Shown: positions 9,947 to 20,950, counted from the first letter of the stretch. The stretch is DNA of 64,000 nucleotides from an uncultured bacterium (GCA_965372715.1 CBDVDH010000010.1:1-64000), one strand, 5' to 3'. A program made the numbers and translations. Notes: generated by a model from the letters alone, not told the origin.

Positions 9947-10792
9947 ATGAGATTCCAGCATTTCCTTATGACGAGATTCAACGTCGGCCTCTACCCAAGG
10001 AACATGGAGCAGGCCTATTCTGATAAGCTCGGCAGAGTGCCGGCGGAGGACCCAGAGAGATGGATGAAAAGCCGTTTTGAGCTGTTCGAGAGGTTCTGCG
10101 TTCCCTCCGTAAGGAACCAATCGGTAAGGAACTTCACCTGGCTAGTTGTCTTCGACGCCAAGACACCACAACGCTACCTCGACAGGGCCGATCGCCTGGG
10201 GCATGACTGCCATCTCCTCTCTCTGAGGGCCGAGCGTGGACATCGCAGAACGTTGAGGCGCTACGCGGCCCGGAGCCTGAAGCCCGACACTGAGTATCTC
10301 ATAACCTCAAGGATCGACAATGACGATGCGATTCACAGGGACTTCGTGGGGACGGTTCAAGGTCATCTGCGGGAAGAGGCCCCCATGAGGCGTGGGAGTC
10401 TGGCCAGGACCATACACAAATGGCTGCCGGACGGAACGCGAGTGGGTGACGGTCGCTTCAAGCGAGTGCTGCGGAGATTGGTCCCCAATCAAGGGCGGAT
10501 CGCCATCAACTTCACGCTGGGCTTTTCATTCGAGGGAAAAAGGCTCGGTCTGTTCATCAATGAGCGCAATTCATTTATCTCATTGCTGGAAAGGACGGAC
10601 CTCGTTGGCGGCATCCTGACCACATGGGCCACGGAACACAAGAAGATAGGCCAGATAGCTAGGGTTCGGGAGATCGCCTCGAAGCCGATGTGGGTGCGGG
10701 TGATTCACGATGAGAACCTGCGCAACGAGTTCGAGGGCGAGGAAGTGCCGATAGATAGGCTGACGGCCGCCGATTTCGGCTTCTCCCCGTGA
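9947..10792 (+). CDS. Putative (rhamnosyl-type) GT-A fold glycosyltransferase
   Basis: HFLMTRFN, RFELFERFC.PS..NQ, ITSRIDNDD, VIH..N. Confidence 0.75.
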   Translation: MRFQHFLMTRFNVGLYPRNMEQAYSDKLGRVPAEDPERWMKSRFELFERFCVPSVRNQSVRNFTWLVVFDAKTPQRYLDRADRLGHDCHLLSLRAERGHRRTLRRYAARSLKPDTEYLITSRIDNDDAIHRDFVGTVQGHLREEAPMRRGSLARTIHKWLPDGTRVGDGRFKRVLRRLVPNQGRIAINFTLGFSFEGKRLGLFINERNSFISLLERTDLVGGILTTWATEHKKIGQIARVREIASKPMWVRVIHDENLRNEFEGEEVPIDRLTAADFGFSP

Positions 10793-10838
10793 ATGCGGGC
10801 CTCATCTGGCAGCCGGGCGAGGTTGGTGTCCTGAAGGG

Positions 10839-12599
10839 TTAAGACGTCTCTTCGGAGCTCGCGGGTCGCTGCTGGGCTTCCCATAATTCCTGATACGTAG
10901 GACTCGACCTCATGAGCGCCTCGTGAGGCGCAAATGCCTCGAGCTTTCCATCTGCAAGCACAGCGATTTTGTCGGCCTTTCGCAGTGTTGAGAGGCGGTG
11001 CGCGATGACAAGTGTGGTGCATTTTCTCATCAACCCCTCCAGCGCCTCCTGCACTTGCATCTCAGTCGAGGAATCCAACGCGCTTGTTGCCTCATCCAAG
11101 AGCAGGATCGGCGCGTTCTTGAGTACAGCTCTCGCAATGTTGATTCGTTGCTTCTGCCCTACCGAGACATCGGTGCCCCTGGGCCCAATCACCGTATCGT
11201 AGCCGTCCTTCCAGCTCACGATATCGTCGTGGATATTGGCTGAAACGGCGGCGGCATATACATCTTCGTCAGAAGCGTCGGGCCGGCCATAGCGGATGTT
11301 CTCCATTGCTGAGACCTGAAACAGGAAGGGCTCCTGGGTAACTATGGCAAGGTTCCGCATCAGATGTTTGAGCTTGATCCTTGTTATGTCCGTGCCATCG
11401 AAGAGGATTCTACCTCGGTCAGGATCGTAGAACCTCGCGGCTAGATTCAAAAGCGTCGTCTTGCCTACGCCGGAGGGACCTACAATCCCGATCGTCTCTC
11501 CCCGTTTGACCGCAAAGTCGATATCTGACAGGATCGGCTCCTCGTCATAGGAGAAGCAGACCTTCTCGAATCGGATCTCATTCGGCGGCGAATCCAGTCC
11601 CACGGCATCCTTCGCGTCCTTGATGTCCGGTTCCACGGCCATGAGTTCGTCGATCTTGTCGATGGCGACGCTTTGAACTTTGACCTGCACATAGACGTTC
11701 AGCAACTGCCTGGTGCTTCCCAGAAGCAATTGCAGCGCCAGGATGAACGCGATGAACGTGGAGATGTTCATCTGACCGGACGACACCCTCGCACCGCCCA
11801 GCATAATGACGAAAAAAATGCCAAATCCGCTGAGGCTGTCGAGCATCACACCGGCGAGAGCCTGTCGCTTGACAATCCCCATCGCGGCTTTCAGCAGCCC
11901 CCTTGCCGACTTGAGGCAGGCTTTGGCTTCCCGCTCCTCGCCCTCGAATATCTTGACGATTCTTATCCCCGAAAGGACCTGAAGCAGGAGATTCACAATT
12001 GCGATACCGTGGAATCGATTCTGCTTCGCGTATCGGGATATCGCAGCCCCGATCCGGGCTAGTGGGAAAACGACAAAGGGCATTGCGAGCAAGCCCCAGA
12101 TTGTGAGCTCCGGGTCCATTGTAAAGGCCAGAAAAAACAGACTGGCAATCTGGAGGACGGAGATGATCATGCCGCACGTGTGGTGAACGAGCACCCTGAG
12201 GGATGAGGCGTCGCTGTGGACCGCGCGAAGTATATCTCCCTTGCTGCTGCGACCGAAAAAGCCTACCGAGAGCCTCAAGACGTGTTCAACCAGGTTCAGA
12301 CGAATCTGCATTTCTACGCGCCTGCCCAGCTCCGTCTGGACTACTCTAGTGTAGTAGTCGGATATGCTCCTTGCGACCCAGCAGCCAAAGATCAGCCCGC
12401 CTACGCCAGCTAGCGTCGTCCAGCCGGCTTCAGAGCTCGCGCCCTCAACCGGGGAGAGACTCCTTCCCAGAAAGGTCTTGATCAGCCACAAAAATACAAT
12501 CAGAAGTTCGGCTCTAGCCGCGGCCGCCGCGAAGAACCCAACCGTCAGCAGGCGATGCCGCCACATCAACCTGAACGCGACGCGCAGCTTCTGTATCAT
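10839..12599 (-). CDS. ABC exporter, fused TMD-NBD (MsbA/PglK-like flippase)
   Basis: TM domain; GPSGVGKT, Q-loop, VSVGQKQR, LLLDEATSALD, IAHRL. Confidence 0.9.
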   Translation of the reverse strand: MIQKLRVAFRLMWRHRLLTVGFFAAAAARAELLIVFLWLIKTFLGRSLSPVEGASSEAGWTTLAGVGGLIFGCWVARSISDYYTRVVQTELGRRVEMQIRLNLVEHVLRLSVGFFGRSSKGDILRAVHSDASSLRVLVHHTCGMIISVLQIASLFFLAFTMDPELTIWGLLAMPFVVFPLARIGAAISRYAKQNRFHGIAIVNLLLQVLSGIRIVKIFEGEEREAKACLKSARGLLKAAMGIVKRQALAGVMLDSLSGFGIFFVIMLGGARVSSGQMNISTFIAFILALQLLLGSTRQLLNVYVQVKVQSVAIDKIDELMAVEPDIKDAKDAVGLDSPPNEIRFEKVCFSYDEEPILSDIDFAVKRGETIGIVGPSGVGKTTLLNLAARFYDPDRGRILFDGTDITRIKLKHLMRNLAIVTQEPFLFQVSAMENIRYGRPDASDEDVYAAAVSANIHDDIVSWKDGYDTVIGPRGTDVSVGQKQRINIARAVLKNAPILLLDEATSALDSSTEMQVQEALEGLMRKCTTLVIAHRLSTLRKADKIAVLADGKLEAFAPHEALMRSSPTYQELWEAQQRPASSEETS

Positions 12600-12631
12600 A
12601 GACCCACCTCGACGGCGTTGAATGGGTAACT

Positions 12632-13969
12632 CTAGGCGGAGACTATCTTGTCCCTGTTGTTCTGGGCGCTGCGAGTTGCGTTCCGCGTATCGACCACGAT
12701 GCGAGCGTTATCGACGATGAACTGCGCGTTGTCACGGTACAAGCTATGGTCGGTGACTATCAGGACGCAATCCGCCTCAGAAAGGGCCTCCTTCGTCAGC
12801 TCCACCGAAGTCTTCTGAATCTTGTATTTCCGCATCATCGGCAGCTCGGGAATGAACGGATCGTTGTAGCTGATTGTCGCGCCGCGCTCCATCAACAGCT
12901 CAATTATCCGCATCGCTGGGGACTCCCTAATGTCGTCAACATCGGGTTTATACGCAACCCCCAGGACGAATATCCTGGACCCCTTAACGCTCTTCTGCTG
13001 CTCGTTTAGCGCAAGCGCAAGCCTCTCCACCACGTAATACGGGACCGAAGTGTTGATCTCACCAGCAAGCTCGATGAACCGCGTCGCAAAATCGAACTCC
13101 CTCGCCTTCCAAGCGAGGTAGAACGGGTCGATGGGAATGCAATGCCCGCCGAGGCCCGGCCCTGGATAGAAGGCGTGAAAGCCGAACGGCTTGGTCGATG
13201 CCGCTGAGATAACCTCCCAGACGTCGATTCCCATCCGGATAAAAAGCATTTTCAGCTCGTTGACTAGAGCGATGTTCACGCTTCGATAGATATTCTCCAG
13301 TAGCTTGGTCGATTCCGCGACCTCGGCCGACGAGACGACCACTGTGCGATCGACGATTGCTGAATAGAGAGCATCCGCAAGCTCGGTGCAGTTGGGTGTC
13401 AGGCCGCCTACGACTTTGGGAATCGTCTTCGTCGTGAAGTTCTTGTTGGCGGGGTCCTCCCTCTCCGGCGAGAACGCCAGGAAGAAGTCCTTTCCGACTT
13501 CGAGAGCGCTATCCGCGGTCAGTATCGGCAGAACCACTTCCTTCGTGGTCCCAGGATAAGTTGTGCTCTCCAGGACGACAAGATGCCCTCTTCTCAGCCG
13601 CTTCGCGATGCTCTTCGCGGTCCCTTTAATATAGGATAGGTCAGGCTCCTTCGTGTCCGTAAGCGGCGAGGGAACGCAGATGACGATGCAGTCGGTGTCC
13701 GTCATCTTGTCGAAATCGGTGGTCGCCCTGAAGCCTGCGCTGTCAACGTGCGAGGCGATCTGCTCCGGCGGGATGTGGCGGATGTAGCTCTTTCCAGCGT
13801 TGAGCGCATCGACCTTTCCGGAGTCGATGTCGAAGCCTGTAACGGCGAATCCCTGTGTGCAGAACTCATGCACGAGCGGCAGGCCGACATATCCTAGCCC
13901 GACTACTCCGACCGTGGCTTCCTTGCTCGATATCCTCTTTAGAAGTCGCTCTTTCGACTCCGATGTCAT
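12632..13969 (-). CDS. wbpA: UDP-N-acetylglucosamine 6-dehydrogenase (WbpA-like)
   Basis: GLGYVG, ESTTYPGTT, FSPEREDP, GGHCIPID, AYK.DVDD.RESP. Confidence 0.85.
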   Translation of the reverse strand: MTSESKERLLKRISSKEATVGVVGLGYVGLPLVHEFCTQGFAVTGFDIDSGKVDALNAGKSYIRHIPPEQIASHVDSAGFRATTDFDKMTDTDCIVICVPSPLTDTKEPDLSYIKGTAKSIAKRLRRGHLVVLESTTYPGTTKEVVLPILTADSALEVGKDFFLAFSPEREDPANKNFTTKTIPKVVGGLTPNCTELADALYSAIVDRTVVVSSAEVAESTKLLENIYRSVNIALVNELKMLFIRMGIDVWEVISAASTKPFGFHAFYPGPGLGGHCIPIDPFYLAWKAREFDFATRFIELAGEINTSVPYYVVERLALALNEQQKSVKGSRIFVLGVAYKPDVDDIRESPAMRIIELLMERGATISYNDPFIPELPMMRKYKIQKTSVELTKEALSEADCVLIVTDHSLYRDNAQFIVDNARIVVDTRNATRSAQNNRDKIVSA

Positions 13970-15081
13970 TGCCTGGAGCCCTCCAAAACAGATTTTACAA
14001 CATAGCCCTTCTGTTCATCCGTAAGCTCCGGATAAATGGGCAGGGCGAGCGTCTCTGCGGCAGCCGCCTCCGACATTGGAAACTCGCCCGCCTTATACCC
14101 GAGAAACCCGTAACACCTCTGCAAATGAAGCGGCACTGGGTAATATATCTCACAGCCAACGTCGTGTCTTTTGAGATGTTCCATGACTCTATCGCGAGCC
14201 TTCGTCCGAATCACATACTGGTTGTAGATCGAGTAATTGTCAGCGCGAATATGGGGCGTCTCAATCTCACTGCCCACAAAGGCCTCGTCGTAGAACTTCG
14301 CATTCTGCCGCCTTGCCTCGGTCCACTCGTCGAGGTATCTCAACTTGACTCTCAAGACTGCCGCCTGTATCGCGTCCAGTCTGCTGTTGGCCCCGATCAG
14401 GCTGTGGTGGTATTTGGGCTTACTGCCGTGCACGCGAAGAATGCGAATCCTGTCCGCAAGGGTTTCATCGTTGCTCACGACCATTCCACCGTCCCCATAG
14501 GCGCCCAGGTTCTTAGTTGGGAAGAAGGAGAAACAACCGAAATGACCTATCGCACCGGCGCTCGTCCACTCGCCATTTAGCTTCGTCTTTGACCCGATTG
14601 ACTGCGCCGCGTCCTCAATAACATGAAGCCCATGTCTTTCAGCAATCTCAAGAATAGGCCCCATGTCGGCACACTGACCGAAAAGGTGGACGGGGATGAT
14701 CGCCTTGGTCTTGGGAGTTATCCGGGCCTCAATCAGCGAGGGATCGATGTTGCAGGTGAACGGGTCGATATCAACGAAGACCGGGACGCCGCCGACGCGC
14801 GAGACACAGCCCGCCGTCGAGAAGAATGTATAGGGCGTAGTTACTACCTCATCGCCGGAGGATACACCCGCAGCCATAAGGCTTAGAAGAATCGAATCGG
14901 TCCCTGAGGCGCAGCCCACGCCAAACCTCGCGCCACAGTAATCAGCTATCTCTTGCTCAAGCTTCTCAACCTCAGGGCCGAGTATGAATACCTGCGTCTC
15001 TAGTATCCTGTCTATTGCTTCTTTGATCTCATCCTTTATCTTCGCAAATTGAGGTCTCAGATCAAGCAGCGGAACTCGCAT
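13966..15081 (-). CDS. wbpE: DegT/DnrJ/EryC1/StrS aminotransferase (WbpE-like)
   Basis: IEDAAQS, SFFPTKNLG.GDGG, NSRLD.IQAA. Confidence 0.85.
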   Translation of the reverse strand: MRVPLLDLRPQFAKIKDEIKEAIDRILETQVFILGPEVEKLEQEIADYCGARFGVGCASGTDSILLSLMAAGVSSGDEVVTTPYTFFSTAGCVSRVGGVPVFVDIDPFTCNIDPSLIEARITPKTKAIIPVHLFGQCADMGPILEIAERHGLHVIEDAAQSIGSKTKLNGEWTSAGAIGHFGCFSFFPTKNLGAYGDGGMVVSNDETLADRIRILRVHGSKPKYHHSLIGANSRLDAIQAAVLRVKLRYLDEWTEARRQNAKFYDEAFVGSEIETPHIRADNYSIYNQYVIRTKARDRVMEHLKRHDVGCEIYYPVPLHLQRCYGFLGYKAGEFPMSEAAAAETLALPIYPELTDEQKGYVVKSVLEGSRQ

Positions 15082-15089
15082 TACCTCCT

Positions 15090-15118
15090 CCTTCGCATAA
15101 GGCTATGGCGGACAAGTC
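15090..15118. repeat. Variant of the palindromic repeat family (CTATGGCGGACAAG); supplies the stop codon of the acetyltransferase
   Basis: Shares CTATGGCG with 47069-47110 and GGCGGACA(A/G)G with 46594 and 48400. Confidence 0.55.
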
Positions 15119-15711
15119 CTCCTCACTATCGCACCTTTGATTGTGTATTTCCGACCGCACTCGGGGCACTCCGCCTCGTCAGCATCCAAGAAAGACAGCG
15201 GCACGCCGCATTCACAGGCCCACCCCTTTATGACGGCGGGAACCCCGTAAACCAGCGCATAATCGTGCACATCCCGGCTCACTACGGAACCTGCGCCCAC
15301 AAGAGCATGACGCCCAATCGTTACGCCGCAAACAACCGTCGCGTTCGCCCCAATCGAGGCGCCGGTCTTTACGAGCGTTCGATGATAATCGTCGCTCGTG
15401 TTGCGCACGAAGGCCGATCTCGGCGTCTTTACGTTCGTGAATACCATTGACGGCCCGCAGAACACGTCGTCCTCGAGAACAACACCATCGTATATCGATA
15501 CATTATTCTGAATCTTGCAATTTTCCCCAAGAATAGCGCCCTTCGCCACAAACACGTTCTGTCCGAGTTTGCATCTTTTGCCAATCCTGGCCCCGCCCAT
15601 GATGTGGGAAAAATGCCATATCTGTGTCCCTTCGCCTATCTCGGCCCCGGGGTCCACGATCGATGTCTCATGGACAGAATAACCTTCTGGCACCGCTTTC
15701 TCCTCAGCCAC
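15103..15711 (-). CDS. wbpD: Hexapeptide-repeat N-acetyltransferase (WbpD-like)
   Basis: IWHFSHI, GQNVFV, KIQNNVSIY.GV.LED.VFCGPS.VFTNV, C-terminal CECG..CPECG. Confidence 0.88.
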   Translation of the reverse strand: MAEEKAVPEGYSVHETSIVDPGAEIGEGTQIWHFSHIMGGARIGKRCKLGQNVFVAKGAILGENCKIQNNVSIYDGVVLEDDVFCGPSMVFTNVKTPRSAFVRNTSDDYHRTLVKTGASIGANATVVCGVTIGRHALVGAGSVVSRDVHDYALVYGVPAVIKGWACECGVPLSFLDADEAECPECGRKYTIKGAIVRRTCPP

Positions 15712-16702
15712 CTATTCGCTGCCCTCGACAAAGCGCCTCGTCCGCCTTCTCGAGCGCCTTGACCACCCTAAGGCCATCTCTGCCATCCGTGAGCGGCGTC
15801 GCACCTGTCCGAACGCAACTTATGAAATGCTCACATTCTAGCCTGAGCGGCTCCTTCACCTCTATGTGAGGCGAGTGGATGTCCCCAAAACGCAGAGTTA
15901 TCGAATCACCGTAGGAATCGTAGGACGGCGCCTTGGCGCCTTTGTCGTATATCTTCAACTTCTCCATTGTCTCAACGTCATCGAATACCACCATCTTCTT
16001 GCTGCCGACAACGGTCAAGCGCCTCACTTTGTGGGGGTCCAGCCAGCTCACCTGAATGTGCGCCATCTTTCCATCGGGAAAGTGAAGCGTCAGGAAAACA
16101 ACATCCTCAATCCCCGGCTGAAGGTAGGCCTGCCCGTCCGCGGAAATCCTAATCGGCTCCTGGTCCATTAGATACATCGCTACCGAAAGGTCATGAGGCG
16201 CGAAGCTCCAGAGCGCGCTCTCGTCGGAACGAATTACCCCGAGGTTGGTTCGTTGGGAGTAGATGTAGTATATGTCCCCCAAATCTCCGGACTGTATGAG
16301 CTCCTTCAACCTCGCGACGGCCGGATGATAAAGCAGCAAATGGCCGACCATGAGCCTGAGATCGCTCTTTTCAGCGAGCGCAATCAGGTCCTCCGCGTCC
16401 TTCGAGGCGAGCGCCATAGGCTTCTCAACATAAACGTGCTTGCCAGCCAGAAGAGCTGCTCTCGCATGCTCGTAGTGCAGTTTAGCCGGGCTCGCCACAG
16501 CGACGGCATCAACCTTCTCGTCCCGAAGAACCTCCGAGAGCGAGGGCGTGGCCTTGCAGTCGGGATACGTTTTCGAGACCTGCTCCAGCACCTTCGCATC
16601 GACGTCGCAGCAGTATAGCAACCTGCAATCAGGAAGTGACGCAAAGGCGCGAACTAGGTTCCTTCCCCAAGCCCCTGAGCCGACACACGCGACGTTTATC
16701 AC
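15704..16702 (-). CDS. Gfo/Idh/MocA oxidoreductase (WbpB-like 3-dehydrogenase)
   Basis: GSGAWG, GKHVYVEKP, APHD. Confidence 0.85.
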   Translation of the reverse strand: MINVACVGSGAWGRNLVRAFASLPDCRLLYCCDVDAKVLEQVSKTYPDCKATPSLSEVLRDEKVDAVAVASPAKLHYEHARAALLAGKHVYVEKPMALASKDAEDLIALAEKSDLRLMVGHLLLYHPAVARLKELIQSGDLGDIYYIYSQRTNLGVIRSDESALWSFAPHDLSVAMYLMDQEPIRISADGQAYLQPGIEDVVFLTLHFPDGKMAHIQVSWLDPHKVRRLTVVGSKKMVVFDDVETMEKLKIYDKGAKAPSYDSYGDSITLRFGDIHSPHIEVKEPLRLECEHFISCVRTGATPLTDGRDGLRVVKALEKADEALCRGQRIGG

Positions 16703-17026
16703 ATCAAAGCCCCTTGTCTGAGATGAACGATATTAGATGCCTGAGACTGTGGCAGGAGACCCCGCGCCGCCCGCAGGCATTGCAACGAATAATTCCCCTT
16801 ACCCCAGACGATTTCAAGCGGTTTCCCAGAGTGGTGCTCGAATAAGAGAACAAATTAGACGGCGAAAGGCAACAGGACGAGCAGTAAAGAGCTGTCAATT
16901 GAGTCTTTAGGGAGGAGCTTCGCTCCCTCGAGTGCGCCGCCTCACGAGTTCACAGAGTGGTGCAGCCAAGCGCCGGAACTCAATGCGGCGAATGCAGTGC
17001 GCAGGGGGACTCGCCGAGGGCAGGGG

Positions 17027-17419
17027 CTACTTCTTGCTCTTCTTCTTCGGCTTCTCTTTAGGCGCCCTCTCCACCAGTTCAATAAGTGCCATGGCGGCTC
17101 CATCGCCCTTCCTCGGGCCAAGCTTGAATATCCGCGTGTAGCCACCCGGACGATCGACGAATCTCGGCGCAACCTCGTTGAATAGCTTCTTATGGACTGC
17201 CTTGTTTGATATGTGCTTCGCGGCGAGCCGTTTGGCGTGCAGAGTGTCCTTCTTACCCAAGGTTATCAGCCGCTCCGAGAAACGGCGCGCCTCCTTCGCC
17301 TTGGCAAGAGTTGTACATATACGCTCGTGCTTCAGAAGCTCCGTTGCGAGATTCCGCAGAAGCGCCTTTCTCTGCCCAGTGGGTCTGCCGAGTTTTCTCC
17401 CAGAGACTCGATGCCTCAC
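17027..17419 (-). CDS. rplQ: 50S ribosomal protein L17
   Basis: MRHR..GRKLGR, R.GGYTRI. Confidence 0.97.
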   Translation of the reverse strand: MRHRVSGRKLGRPTGQRKALLRNLATELLKHERICTTLAKAKEARRFSERLITLGKKDTLHAKRLAAKHISNKAVHKKLFNEVAPRFVDRPGGYTRIFKLGPRKGDGAAMALIELVERAPKEKPKKKSKK

Positions 17420-18876
17420 TTGCTGTCTTCTCCATCGTGACCGCTTTTCTCTTTGGCGTCAGCCTCAGCAGTTCCCTTCTTACGGGAGGTCTTTGTTCGT
17501 TTCTTCTTCGGAGACGGTCCGGCCTTTTCCCGCACTTCTTGCGCTTTCTCCTTTTTGCGGTCCTTCTGTTCGGACTTCTCCCCACGTTTGACGGTTCTGG
17601 CTCGCTTGGGAGGCTTCGGCTTCTTCACTTCAGCTTCATTCGCATCTTTGACTACCGCTTCCGCCTCTTCGTCCTTCTCCCTTTTGGCGCCAACCCGAGA
17701 GACCTTCTTACGGGGCGCCTTTGCCCGCTTCTTCTTCGCCGGCGGGGCAGCCTCTTTCTGCTCTTCTTGAGGTTCCTCTCGCTTCGGCTCCTCTTTTTCA
17801 GGCTTTGAAGAGGCGGCTCGCTTGGGAGGCTTCGGTTTCTCGAGTTCGGCGGCCATTGCCTCTTCGGCTTCCTCCGCCGCCACTTCATCCGGGTGTAGAT
17901 ACGGCGCAAGCTCTTCTATGTCACTCAGGTCCTGCCCCAGCTCAAGGTCCAACTCGGCCAGCACTTTCTTGACCTCCCGAAGCGACTCCTTACCGAAGTT
18001 CTCAAGCTTCAAGAGCTCCTGGTCTGTCTTGCTTACCAGTTGGGCCACGAACTTGATCTTGGCCGCACGCAGGCAATTCACCGGTCTTGATCCAAGGTCC
18101 AGCTCCTCTATGGTATTCTTCAGGCCAACGTTAATCTCAGCCTTCTCCTCGCCGGCTTCTTCCTCTTCTTCTTCCTCAGGTTCCTCAAACGAAATGAAAC
18201 CAAGAAAGATGTCCTTCAAGATCTTCGAGGCGTGCGCAGCCGCATCCAGAGGCTCGATGCTTCCGTCGGTCCAGACCTCAAGGAGAAGCCGATCGTAGTC
18301 CGCTCGCTCGAGATGCAGCACATTCTCAACGCGGAAATCGACCTTCCTGACAGGCGAAAAGATCGAATCGACCGGTATCCATCCTTCGGGCAAATCATCA
18401 AAGACGTGCTGATTAGCAGGAACGTAACCTCGGCCATACTCAATCCTTATCTCAAGATTCAATTCACTCCTCTCGCCAAGCTCCGCGATGTGGGTCTCAG
18501 GATTGAGTATCTCTACGTCCGGGTCCGGCTTTATGTCTGCTGCGGTTACCTTGCGAGGCCCCTTTGTACTCAGATAAACAACTTTCGGATGGAAGACTGC
18601 GAGCCTCGTTCTCAGCTTCTTGAGGTTGAGGATTATCTCGGTCGCATCCTCTACCACACCCGGCACGGGTGAAAACTGATGCTGAACGCCTTCTATTTTG
18701 ACGGCCGTAACCGACCAGCCCTTCAAAGAGGACAGAAGCACCCTTCTGAGCGAGTTGCCTATGGTAACCCCGAACCCGCGTTCAAATGGCTCCGCCGTGA
18801 ATCTCCCATAGAACTGGGTAGCCTGCTCCGTGACGAAACCCTTGGGCTTACTTATCCCTTTCCAATGCCAATGCAT
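17416..18876 (-). CDS. rpoA: RNA polymerase alpha subunit with a ~165-aa Lys/Glu/Pro-rich C-terminal tail
   Basis: [28 protein letters not shown]; extension after the alphaCTD. Confidence 0.96.
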   Translation of the reverse strand: MHWHWKGISKPKGFVTEQATQFYGRFTAEPFERGFGVTIGNSLRRVLLSSLKGWSVTAVKIEGVQHQFSPVPGVVEDATEIILNLKKLRTRLAVFHPKVVYLSTKGPRKVTAADIKPDPDVEILNPETHIAELGERSELNLEIRIEYGRGYVPANQHVFDDLPEGWIPVDSIFSPVRKVDFRVENVLHLERADYDRLLLEVWTDGSIEPLDAAAHASKILKDIFLGFISFEEPEEEEEEEAGEEKAEINVGLKNTIEELDLGSRPVNCLRAAKIKFVAQLVSKTDQELLKLENFGKESLREVKKVLAELDLELGQDLSDIEELAPYLHPDEVAAEEAEEAMAAELEKPKPPKRAASSKPEKEEPKREEPQEEQKEAAPPAKKKRAKAPRKKVSRVGAKREKDEEAEAVVKDANEAEVKKPKPPKRARTVKRGEKSEQKDRKKEKAQEVREKAGPSPKKKRTKTSRKKGTAEADAKEKSGHDGEDSK

Positions 18877-18950
18877 TCTAAATCTGCCCTCCAGTTGTCA
18901 GCAACTGTAAAATGCCATTGCAGCTATTCTCTACGCAATGCGAAAAGCGA

Positions 18951-19592
18951 TTACTTGGAATAAAGCTCAACAATCAATTGCTCGTTGATCGGTATGTCAA
19001 CAATGTCCTCTCGCTTGGGCCAATCCTTGACCAATGCCGTTAGCTGCCCATCGTTGACCTCCAACCAGCGTGGACGGAACTTGCCTCTGGTTCCCATTGT
19101 CTCGATCGCGCCAAAGACCGGACAGTTCTTGCTGGCTCTGCTTTTCTCCCGAACCGAAACCACCTGGCCCTGACTCAGCCTGTAGGACGGGATGTTCACG
19201 GCGCCGCCGTCAACCTGAAAATGCCTATGACTCACGAGCTGTCGTGCCTGTGCGCGCGATACCGCGAATCCTGCTCGATATACGACGTTGTCAAGCCTCA
19301 GTTCCAGAACCTGCAAGAGGTTCTCACCCGTAACACCCCTCATGCGTTCCGCGTCGGTGAAACTGTTCTTGAACTGCCGTTCCAAGAGCCCGTAATAGAA
19401 CCTGACCTTCTGCTTCTCACGAAGTCGGACCCGATAGTCCGAATCCTTCCGACGCCTGCGACCGTGTATCCCCGGACCATACCTGCGTCTGTCCAGAGAG
19501 CACTTGCCAGAAGTGCAACGCTCGCCCTTCAAAAAGAGCTTTTCGTTCTCCCGTCTGCATATCTTGCAGGCTGCACCAGAATACCTACCCAA
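18951..19592 (-). CDS. rpsD: 30S ribosomal protein S4
   Basis: CKICRRE, LELRLDNVVYR, IVELYSK. Confidence 0.97.
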   Translation of the reverse strand: MGRYSGAACKICRRENEKLFLKGERCTSGKCSLDRRRYGPGIHGRRRRKDSDYRVRLREKQKVRFYYGLLERQFKNSFTDAERMRGVTGENLLQVLELRLDNVVYRAGFAVSRAQARQLVSHRHFQVDGGAVNIPSYRLSQGQVVSVREKSRASKNCPVFGAIETMGTRGKFRPRWLEVNDGQLTALVKDWPKREDIVDIPINEQLIVELYSK

Positions 19593-19606
19593 GCTATCCT
19601 CCTATT

Positions 19607-19679
19607 GTAGGGGCGGCTCACGAGCCGCCCTCTGGCCCAAAACGCAGTGTTTATAGGGCGGTTCGTGAACCGCCCCTAC
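19607..19679. repeat. Inverted pair of GTAG-type REP-like palindromes between rpsK and rpsD
   Basis: GTAGGGGCGGCTCACGAGCCGCCC ... GGGCGGTTCGTGAACCGCCCCTAC. Confidence 0.8.
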
Positions 19680-20080
19680 ACTCTACGGCGCTTCGGAGGC
19701 CTGCAACCATCGTGCGGAATCGGCGTGACGTCCCGCATCAGCGTTACCTCTATGCCCTCCGATTGCAGCGCCTTCATCGCCGTGTCCCGACCTGAACCCG
19801 GGCCCTTTACGTAAAGCTCGGCCTTGCGCATGCCCATGCCGATTGCGGTCTGGGCCGCCGCGCGAGCCGCCACCTGCGCAGCGAAGGGCGTCCCTTTTCT
19901 CGAGCCCTTGAAGCCCATCTTGCCTGAACTGGCCCAAGCTATGACGTTCCCGTATTTGTCGGTCACCGTAATGATGGTATTGTTGAACGTCGATTGGATA
20001 TGAATCACGCCCTCAGGAACGACGCGCTTCTCCTTGCGCTTCGTAACTCTTCGGCCCTTCTTCTTGACCCCTTTTGCCAT
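19676..20080 (-). CDS. rpsK: 30S ribosomal protein S11
   Basis: [23 protein letters not shown]. Confidence 0.97.
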   Translation of the reverse strand: MAKGVKKKGRRVTKRKEKRVVPEGVIHIQSTFNNTIITVTDKYGNVIAWASSGKMGFKGSRKGTPFAAQVAARAAAQTAIGMGMRKAELYVKGPGSGRDTAMKALQSEGIEVTLMRDVTPIPHDGCRPPKRRRV

Positions 20081-20168
20081 TCCTTTTACCTATCTATTCC
20101 CTAGAGACAAAACCGTTGACTTTCATCACTCTCAAGACCAACGAAGCAGCACGAAACCGGCAACCCTA

Positions 20169-20549
20169 CTAGACTTTCTTGGCCTTCTTCTTAATTCCTA
20201 TCCCAGGCCGCGGGCCTTTGTGCGTCCTCGCATTAGTCCTCGTTCTCTGACCTCTGACAGGAAGCCGACGCCTGTGCCTCAAACCCCTGTGACAACCGAT
20301 ATCCTTCAAACGCTTAACGTTCATGGATATCTCTTGCCTCAGATCGCCCTCAACCTTCAAGTCTCGCTCGATCACTTTCCGGAGCTTGTTGACCTGTGTG
20401 GATGTAAGCTTATTTACCCGAATGTCAGACCCTATCTCCGTCTGTTCGAGGATCTTCTTTGCAGTCGTTCGCCCTATGCCGAAAATATAGGTCAGACCGA
20501 TCTCGACCCTCTTGTCCTTCGGAAGGTCCACACCAGCTATTCTTGCCAA
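20169..20549 (-). CDS. rpsM: 30S ribosomal protein S13
   Basis: [23 protein letters not shown]. Confidence 0.97.
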   Translation of the reverse strand: MARIAGVDLPKDKRVEIGLTYIFGIGRTTAKKILEQTEIGSDIRVNKLTSTQVNKLRKVIERDLKVEGDLRQEISMNVKRLKDIGCHRGLRHRRRLPVRGQRTRTNARTHKGPRPGIGIKKKAKKV

Positions 20550-20574
20550 GAGACCTCTCTCCTTATCTCAACCC

Positions 20575-20688
20575 TCATCCCTGACGCTGCCTGTGTTTGG
20601 GATTCGTGCATATCACCCTGACAACGCCACGCCGCCTGATTATTTTGCAGCGGTCGCACATCCGTTTGACTGACGGCCTTACCTTCAC
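20575..20688 (-). CDS. rpmJ: 50S ribosomal protein L36
   Basis: Manual translation [37 protein letters not shown]. Confidence 0.96.
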   Translation of the reverse strand: MKVRPSVKRMCDRCKIIRRRGVVRVICTNPKHRQRQG

Positions 20689-20731
20689 GCCACGCCACCT
20701 GCCTTTTCAACTCTTCAATTGGAACCCAAAT

Positions 20732-20950
20732 TCACCTCAGACGATAGACAATTCGTCCACGGCTCAAGTCATACGGACTCAGTTCAACTGTTACTTTGTC
20801 ACCAGAGAGAATCCGGATGTTGTATTTTCTCATCTTGCCAGATATGTGGGCAGTCACCTTTCTCCCATCTGGAAGCTCAACCACAAACACCGTGTTCGGC
20901 AAGGCATCGGTTACGACGCCCTCTACCTCAATTCCTTCTCCTTTCGGCAT
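20732..20950 (-). CDS. infA: Translation initiation factor IF-1
   Basis: [20 protein letters not shown]. Confidence 0.97.
   Translation of the reverse strand: MPKGEGIEVEGVVTDALPNTVFVVELPDGRKVTAHISGKMRKYNIRILSGDKVTVELSPYDLSRGRIVYRLR

Noticed and set aside
16905-17026. GC-rich, potentially structured stretch after rplQ
   Set aside because: It has only short hairpins and I cannot match it to any ncRNA family.
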